Below are positions 57,960 through 64,000 of a DNA stretch of 64,000 nucleotides, piece by piece. The notes below the pieces were generated by a model. It made no database searches, was not told where the DNA came from, and saw only the letters and a program-made list of their open reading frames with translations. Position 1 is the first letter of the stretch. The number at the start of each line of letters is the position of its first letter. The stretch lies in IMG/VR virus record IMGVR_UViG_3300034082_002556. One strand, given 5' to 3'. The DNA comes from an uncultured virus (IMG/VR IMGVR_UViG_3300034082_002556) (Duplodnaviria; Heunggongvirae; Uroviricota; Caudoviricetes). A program made the translations under genes and the position numbers.

Positions 57960-59354
57960 ATGGCATATACAATCAATTTAACTGACGGCAGCATTTTTGC
58001 TACCATTGCAGATGGTACAATTAACACCGCTAGTAGCATGATCTTAGTGGGTAAAAACTATGCCGGCTACGGCGAGTTTTTAGACGAAAACTTCATGCAC
58101 TTGCTAGAGTGTGGTGCTAATACCACTGCACCTAGCGCACCGCTTACAGGACAACTGTGGTGGGACAAAACCAATAACGTCATGAAAGTGTACAACGGTA
58201 CAACTTTCAAAGTTATTTCAGCATCAACTGCATCATCTACTGCGCCCGTCAGCAATGTGGCTGGAGATCTTTGGTTTGACACTGTCAATCAACAGTTGAA
58301 AGTTTACAATGGTGCTGCTTTTATTCTGGTTGGTCCAGCATCAACTTCCGGACAAGGAACATCGGGCGCAATTGTTACCACACTAACAGATAACCTCAGC
58401 GTAAATCACGTAGTTATTCAACTGTACGTTCAAGACACACTGGTTGGGTTGATATCAAAGGATGCTACGTTTACTCCAGTACCAAGCATTACTGGTTTTG
58501 CAACAATCAGTCCTGGTATCCAGCTCAGCACAACAGTATCAAACGCACTGTTCCGTGGAACAGCTACTGATGCACAAAGTCTTGGCGGATTCACAAGTTC
58601 AGAATTTATACGCAACAATACCAACGGCACCACATCGGGCACACTAGGCGTCCTGAATGATTCAGGACTGACAGTTGGTGTTGACCAAGACGCAAAAATT
58701 TCTGTCAACACCGGCACATCAGAAGTTACATTACAGAATCAAACACAAGATGCCAACTTATCTGTCAAGGTAAATGACGGCGGTGTTACTACCACAGTTA
58801 TGTTGGTTAATGGAGCAACATCGGTTGTGTCATTCCCAACTACTCTGTCACTTAATTCGGCAGCTGGAGCAACTGCTCTTATAAATGCAGCCGGTAACGG
58901 TGTGGGCAATATTGGCAGTTCCAGCAGTTACTTCAACACGGTTTTTGCCCAGGCCACTTCAGCACAATACGCTGACGTGGCTGAACGTTTTGCAGCCGAT
59001 GCGTACCTAGAGCCAGGCACTGTGGTCGAACTTGGCGGCACAAATGAAATTACAATGAGCATTTCTGATCTTAGCGAAGAAGTGTTTGGCGTTGTGAGTA
59101 CGAATGCAGCGTATCTAATGAATTCTGGTGCCGGCAACGACCAAACACACCCACCAATTGCTATGACTGGACGTGTGCCAGTCAAGGTCAACGGAGTGGT
59201 GCGCAAAGGTGATCGCCTTGTGTCAGCAGGTGCTGGAACAGCCCGAGCTGCACTACCTGGCGAAGCAACGGCATTCAACGTGATTGGCCGTGCATTAGAA
59301 GCCAAAACAACTACTGGACTTGGCCTGGTCGAATCCATAGTAACAATCAAATAA
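57960..59354 (+). CDS. Short tail fibre / baseplate fibre with peptidase G2-like C-terminal domain
   Basis: GKNYAGYGE--ENF--LLE, P--GQLWWD; C-terminal AQYADVAE..GRVPVKV..KGD. Confidence 0.7.
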   Translation: MAYTINLTDGSIFATIADGTINTASSMILVGKNYAGYGEFLDENFMHLLECGANTTAPSAPLTGQLWWDKTNNVMKVYNGTTFKVISASTASSTAPVSNVAGDLWFDTVNQQLKVYNGAAFILVGPASTSGQGTSGAIVTTLTDNLSVNHVVIQLYVQDTLVGLISKDATFTPVPSITGFATISPGIQLSTTVSNALFRGTATDAQSLGGFTSSEFIRNNTNGTTSGTLGVLNDSGLTVGVDQDAKISVNTGTSEVTLQNQTQDANLSVKVNDGGVTTTVMLVNGATSVVSFPTTLSLNSAAGATALINAAGNGVGNIGSSSSYFNTVFAQATSAQYADVAERFAADAYLEPGTVVELGGTNEITMSISDLSEEVFGVVSTNAAYLMNSGAGNDQTHPPIAMTGRVPVKVNGVVRKGDRLVSAGAGTARAALPGEATAFNVIGRALEAKTTTGLGLVESIVTIK

Positions 59355-59364
59355 GGTAAAACAA

Positions 59365-60357
59365 ATGACATATTCATCAGGCGGATTAATCCAAGCAACA
59401 GATTACAACGGATTTGCTAGTACCACATCTGGTGCCAACGTCAACAACGTGTGGAGCACCGGATCAGGCGATAGTGGATGGGGACAAACTGCACTCTCAA
59501 CTGTGACCGGCGGATCAACCGTTGTAACAGCTACACAGTGGGCAGGCCTAGTCAACAACATAGCTAGTATGGGCGCACAAACTGGCACAACCATAACATC
59601 AAGATCCGCACCCACAACAGGTCAGACCATTAGTATTTTGGCAGCAATCAACACAGACTTGACCAACATCACACCCAATCGTGGCAACGCTGCCGCCAGC
59701 GGCACAACCAGTTCAACATGGACCGGTAGTAGCGCCAAAACAACGGGCACTGGTTCAGGTGCCAGCGCCTGGACTATCACGTTCACGCACACAGTTACTT
59801 TCCCCAGTGCTGATCAAGCAAGATACTTCTGGAATGCAGGTGGACTTGTACGCTTGGACATGAGCAAAACATCAACCGGCACAGACGCTGACCCAGACTG
59901 GAACACTCTTATTGGTACAGTTGGTACCTTGTACATGAGTGGTCGTGTAAACAGTGCGGCGCAGACCATTGCTGGCCAAAGCTACACAGGCTTTACTCGA
60001 ATTGGTGGATCAGGCACACCTAGTCCAAACTTGACCACAACTGGCTGGTACACACTAACAGCCGGTGCCGCTGCCACAACAATGTTCCAGTTGACCTCAA
60101 CAGTTTCCCCTTATACTTCTGACTTTGTTAGAGTCACTGCCGCAAAAAATGCTGGATCAACTACGCTTACATTTGTTACCACTTGGTCAGATTCAGGATC
60201 AGGTCAAACATCTAACATCAGTGGTGGAACAGACACTGCCAGCCCATTCTCTTCGTTTGGTACAGCACCGGCTGTGGTATGTCGTTTTGTTCCACCAGCA
60301 ACCACAAACTTGACCAACAGCTGGGGAACTCCTACTATTGCAGCCAGTGTAAGTTAA
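59365..60357 (+). CDS. Thr/Ser/Gly-rich virion structural protein
   Basis: TVTF-SADQARYF-NAGG motif; last gene of the structural operon. Confidence 0.6.
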   Translation: MTYSSGGLIQATDYNGFASTTSGANVNNVWSTGSGDSGWGQTALSTVTGGSTVVTATQWAGLVNNIASMGAQTGTTITSRSAPTTGQTISILAAINTDLTNITPNRGNAAASGTTSSTWTGSSAKTTGTGSGASAWTITFTHTVTFPSADQARYFWNAGGLVRLDMSKTSTGTDADPDWNTLIGTVGTLYMSGRVNSAAQTIAGQSYTGFTRIGGSGTPSPNLTTTGWYTLTAGAAATTMFQLTSTVSPYTSDFVRVTAAKNAGSTTLTFVTTWSDSGSGQTSNISGGTDTASPFSSFGTAPAVVCRFVPPATTNLTNSWGTPTIAASVS

Positions 60358-60372
60358 TTGATGCAATTGTCC

Positions 60373-60394
60373 AAAAGGGCCGCAAGGCCCTTTT
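60373..60394. terminator. Rho-independent terminator
   Basis: aaaagggcc-gcaa-ggccctttt. Confidence 0.9.
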
Positions 60395-60425
60395 ATTTTG
60401 TCAAAAAATCCTGTATAATTACTAG

Positions 60426-60731
60426 ATGAATACTGCGCAACTTATTGAACACGGCCGTGCAAGATTTGAACACACAGCGGCCAAGCAACTGCTAAAAGAA
60501 AAATACCTAGCTAGGATGTTGTTTGCCTATCGCGGAGGCATGTGGCGAGCTGGTCCCGAGCTACAAACCACACTGTTAACCTGCCCAGATGCAACCGCAG
60601 TGATTCTGGACCTGTACGAAAACCCTGTTCAAGTTGATACCAAAGAGCTGTACGCACAAAGCCAACAACGCTGGCAAGAGCAAATGAATGCTTGGCTAAT
60701 AGAGCACGAAGAGAACAACAAAAAACGATGA
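60426..60731 (+). CDS. Hypothetical protein
   Basis: 101 aa; TATAAT at 60414-60419, 6 nt upstream of the ATG. Confidence 0.65.
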   Translation: MNTAQLIEHGRARFEHTAAKQLLKEKYLARMLFAYRGGMWRAGPELQTTLLTCPDATAVILDLYENPVQVDTKELYAQSQQRWQEQMNAWLIEHEENNKKR

Positions 60732-61540
60732 CTACTGGTGCCCTGGTATTTGCATTTAACAACGAACAAATAGACTATGTGTCCATGGCACGTTGGACAG
60801 CCAACAACATCCGTAGACATCTAAACATACCAGTTTGTTTGATCACCGACACACAACAGCAGGATCTGTCAGGCTTTGACAAAGCCATCTGTGTTGGACC
60901 TGCTAACCTTGGCATAGCAAACAAACGATATTTTAGTGATTACAACACCACAGTAACCTGGCACAACACCAATCGCATGGATGCTTATGCATTAAGTCCA
61001 TGGGATCAGACCCTGGTACTGGATGCAGACTATGTCGTTGCAAGTAATCAACTTGGCACAATTTTACAAAGCCCCGATAACTTTCTTGCACATCGCTGGG
61101 CCAGTGACGTAACTGGGTTGACTGATTTTACTGGGCTTAATTATTTTGGTAACTATCGCATGCCCATGTGGTGGGCTACTGTAATGATGTTTAGGCGTAG
61201 CGACACAGCCAAAATGATATTTGATGCTATGAGCATGGTTCGAAATAATTGGATGCATTATAGAAATCTCTATGCAAACAATTCCGGCACATACCGCAAT
61301 GACCATGCCTTGAGCATTGCGCTAAACACAGTTAACGGGCACATGCAGCCACAGTGCAGTATACCCTGGAACCTAGCAAGTTTGTTACCTGAGCACAAAC
61401 TAACACAGCTGGGACAGGATCATTACAGAGTTGATTTTGTCACCGGCGACAATAAAACTCGTTGGATCAATTTGCAACAACAAGATTTCCATGCCATGGG
61501 TAAATTACAACTAGGGGAAATAATTGCCAATACTTGCTGA
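60728..61540 (+). CDS. GT-A fold glycosyltransferase-like protein
   Basis: SPWDQTLVLDADY (DxD motif), WATVMMF, RND-A-SIA. Confidence 0.65.
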   Translation: MTTGALVFAFNNEQIDYVSMARWTANNIRRHLNIPVCLITDTQQQDLSGFDKAICVGPANLGIANKRYFSDYNTTVTWHNTNRMDAYALSPWDQTLVLDADYVVASNQLGTILQSPDNFLAHRWASDVTGLTDFTGLNYFGNYRMPMWWATVMMFRRSDTAKMIFDAMSMVRNNWMHYRNLYANNSGTYRNDHALSIALNTVNGHMQPQCSIPWNLASLLPEHKLTQLGQDHYRVDFVTGDNKTRWINLQQQDFHAMGKLQLGEIIANTC

Positions 61541-62312
61541 GCGTGGGTACTTGATCCCAGCTATCAATTCTGACACTGTTAGCTACACTGATTGCGCAGA
61601 AAAATTGGCAATCAGTATTCGACAATGGCATCCAGATGCAAACATAGCAATCATGACCAACGACCGTTGTGACTGGAGTTTGTTCACACATGTTGTTGAA
61701 TTACCAACTAGCAACATTCACGGGTATGCCAACGATTGGCAATGTTTTTCAGCCAGCCCGTATCGCCAAACAATCAAACTTGAAGCTGACATGTTGTGCA
61801 CAAGTCCCGTGGATCATTGGTGGCAGTTGTTTGAGCATAGAGATGTTGTGATAAGTCAAGGGTGTAGGACATTTTACAATGAGCCTGCAACCAGTAGATT
61901 TTACAGAAAATTGTTTGACACCAACAATCTGCCAGATGTGTACAATGCAATAACATACTGGCGATTGAGTAAAACTGCCCGTGAGTTTTTTGATGTGGTT
62001 CGCAACATATTTGAAAATTGGCCACAGTGGCGAATGTTGCTTAAATTTCCCGATGACCATGCAACAACTGATGTGGTTTATGCCATGGCGGCAGTGATTG
62101 TGGGAGTGGAAAATGTCACATTACCAGCAGAACTAGGTCCAAGTATTGTGCACATGAAAAGACACATCCAGCCAATACACAGCAATAACTGGACACAGGA
62201 ACTGGTATGGGAACACACTAATCCTGGACTACGCATCAATTCAGTAGCTCAGACTGGTATGTTTCATTATCACGTCAAGGATTGGTTAGAACATGACTCA
62301 AGCAACAACTGA
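61524..62312 (+). CDS. GT-A fold glycosyltransferase-like protein (paralog of the preceding gene)
   Basis: SPYRQTIKLEADM, TDV-YA-A, VHMK, HYH-K. Confidence 0.65.
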   Translation: MPILAERGYLIPAINSDTVSYTDCAEKLAISIRQWHPDANIAIMTNDRCDWSLFTHVVELPTSNIHGYANDWQCFSASPYRQTIKLEADMLCTSPVDHWWQLFEHRDVVISQGCRTFYNEPATSRFYRKLFDTNNLPDVYNAITYWRLSKTAREFFDVVRNIFENWPQWRMLLKFPDDHATTDVVYAMAAVIVGVENVTLPAELGPSIVHMKRHIQPIHSNNWTQELVWEHTNPGLRINSVAQTGMFHYHVKDWLEHDSSNN

Positions 62313-62643
62313 TAACTTCTGGGCTGCACTAACTGCCTGGAATCCACCTGCACCTGCACCTGTATTCTATCGGTTATATTACAATGACCAAGGACGGCCG
62401 TTATTCTACACCATGGAAGACTTGCCCGGTAACTACATAGAAGTTGATCTAGAAACCTATTTAATCAGCCCCACAAACGCACGAGTGGTCGACGGCCACC
62501 TAGTGCTAATTGAGACTCGACAATTTAATAAATTACGTCCTGGACAGGATGGCACATGTTGTGACCCAACCAATGTGGCCATTGTGGTAGAGCCTAGCGA
62601 ACCACACATCAAATGGAGTTTGAATAACCATGCACAAGATTGA
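62293..62643 (+). CDS. Hypothetical protein
   Basis: 116-aa ORF overlapping both neighbours. Confidence 0.6.
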   Translation: MTQATTDNFWAALTAWNPPAPAPVFYRLYYNDQGRPLFYTMEDLPGNYIEVDLETYLISPTNARVVDGHLVLIETRQFNKLRPGQDGTCCDPTNVAIVVEPSEPHIKWSLNNHAQD

Positions 62644-63556
62644 TATTGCAGATCTAGACTGCATATATTTAAGTTACGACGAACCACAAAAAGAAGAGTT
62701 CTGGGTCAAAATCAAAAACATGATTCCCTGGGCCAAACGTGTGGATGGAGTCCAAGGTAGTGATGCGGCACACAAGGCCGCTGCCGCTGCCAGTGATACT
62801 GAACGTTTTGTTTTGATTGATGGTGATAATTTACCTGATGAAAAATTCTTTAACCTGACTATAGAATACCAAGACACCGACTGGGAAAATGCAGTGTATC
62901 GCTGGCGTGCTCGTAACCACATCAATGGGCTCATGTATGGCAACGGTGGTATCAGTAGCTGGACACGTAAGTTTGTCAATGACATGAAAACACACGAAGC
63001 AACAGATGGGCGTACCGAAACTCAAGTGGAGTTCTGTTTTGATCCCTTGTACTGGAGCATGTACGATTGTTATTCAACCACATACCCCAACGGCTCGCCC
63101 AAGCACGCCTGGCGTGCCGGCTTTAGGGAAGGGGTCAAGATGTGCCTGGACCGTGGCCGACGTCCCACAGTAGTTGAATTCCGTGACCGTGTGCATCAAC
63201 GCAACCTTGATCATCTTACCATATGGCAAAACGTTGGGTTGGATGTTGACCAGGGTGCGTGGGCCATTGCTGGTGCTAGAATGGGCACATACATGACCAT
63301 GCTAACTGACTGGGACTATAGAGATGTGCAGAGCTTTGATGCATTGGACCAGCTTTGGAAATCTATCCAGGGAGTGGATTCGGCTGAATTGATTGTGAGA
63401 TATCAAGAGCAGTTGCACACTCAGTTGGACCTGCCAATGAATACTTTGCTACACAAAGAAAGTGAATTCTTTAAACATCACTATCGTAGCAACTGGCACA
63501 ACCGTGGTGTAATGACACGAGAGATAGATGTTATCAGACAACAAGAAGGTTGGTAA
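62630..63556 (+). CDS. Glycosyltransferase-like protein (GT-A, DGD motif)
   Basis: SYDEP, RV-GV-GSD-AHKA, FVLIDGDN, NGL-YGNGG, AWRAGFREGVK. Confidence 0.65.
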   Translation: MHKIDIADLDCIYLSYDEPQKEEFWVKIKNMIPWAKRVDGVQGSDAAHKAAAAASDTERFVLIDGDNLPDEKFFNLTIEYQDTDWENAVYRWRARNHINGLMYGNGGISSWTRKFVNDMKTHEATDGRTETQVEFCFDPLYWSMYDCYSTTYPNGSPKHAWRAGFREGVKMCLDRGRRPTVVEFRDRVHQRNLDHLTIWQNVGLDVDQGAWAIAGARMGTYMTMLTDWDYRDVQSFDALDQLWKSIQGVDSAELIVRYQEQLHTQLDLPMNTLLHKESEFFKHHYRSNWHNRGVMTREIDVIRQQEGW

Positions 63557-63559
63557 CAC

Positions 63560-64000
63560 ATGAGTTGGCGGATCCAGCAGTTGCAAGGACTTGGCTGCAA
63601 CATCTTGCAAGACAAATATCTTGTTGATTTTGTAAAACAACACAGCATTACTAGCCTGGAACTGCACGGCGACAATGATGTTGAGTACTTTCAGTCTCAG
63701 TTGCCAGATTGCAAAATTGGAACAGTGCACAACACTGGATTGCTGGCAGTGTTTGTGAATCAACTTGATAACAAACTAGAAGAGGTATTGCTGGCAATTG
63801 ATAAAAAAATACAAGCTGCCAACCCAGACTGGGTTTACATAGCAATTAACAAATACTTAATAACCACTGACCAACACTGGCATAATCTCACGGACAATTA
63901 TGACCAGGACCTGATTGACATAGTTAGTTTGTCTCTACTGCCGTTGAATTTTGTAAAAATCAAACAGTCTTACATTGAACACGATGATGGCACACATTTT
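63560..64000 (+). CDS. Hypothetical protein (partial, runs off the window end)
   Basis: ATG at 63560 gives MSWRIQQLQGLG...; frame is open to the window end. Confidence 0.6.
   Translation, partial: MSWRIQQLQGLGCNILQDKYLVDFVKQHSITSLELHGDNDVEYFQSQLPDCKIGTVHNTGLLAVFVNQLDNKLEEVLLAIDKKIQAANPDWVYIAINKYLITTDQHWHNLTDNYDQDLIDIVSLSLLPLNFVKIKQSYIEHDDGTHF

Noticed and set aside
1..64000. Alternative genetic code (stop-codon reassignment)
   Set aside because: Core genes are full length in the standard code, and TAA, TGA and TAG all terminate genes

Overview
A 64-kb piece of a large T4-like contractile-tailed phage genome (gene content reminiscent of jumbo or freshwater T4-like myoviruses; exact taxon not assignable from sequence alone). 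Left (minus strand): long Gly/Thr/Asn-rich fibre genes, glyco-modification genes and the head module (gp23, gp22, gp21, core protein, gp20 portal) followed by a tape measure protein with a C-terminal lysozyme-like domain. Middle: a gp26-like gene with a likely programmed -1 frameshift, a four-gene accessory cluster including an ATE/Bpt-like aminoacyl transferase, a ~450-nt densely base-paired non-coding region, a stand-alone GIY-YIG nuclease, gp46/gp47 and the late sigma factor gp55. Right (plus strand): the baseplate module (gp48/54-like, gp53-like, hub, gp5, gp25, gp6, a 4714-aa wedge protein), fibres and a glycosyltransferase cluster. NTAAATA late promoters are frequent and often lie only 4-8 nt upstream of start codons. 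The best novelty candidates are the unannotated structured RNA at ~25.0-25.35 kb (with adjoining mini-hairpins and a nearby GIY-YIG gene), the gp26 frameshift and the ATE-like cluster. All product calls come from motif recognition by eye; no database searches were run.
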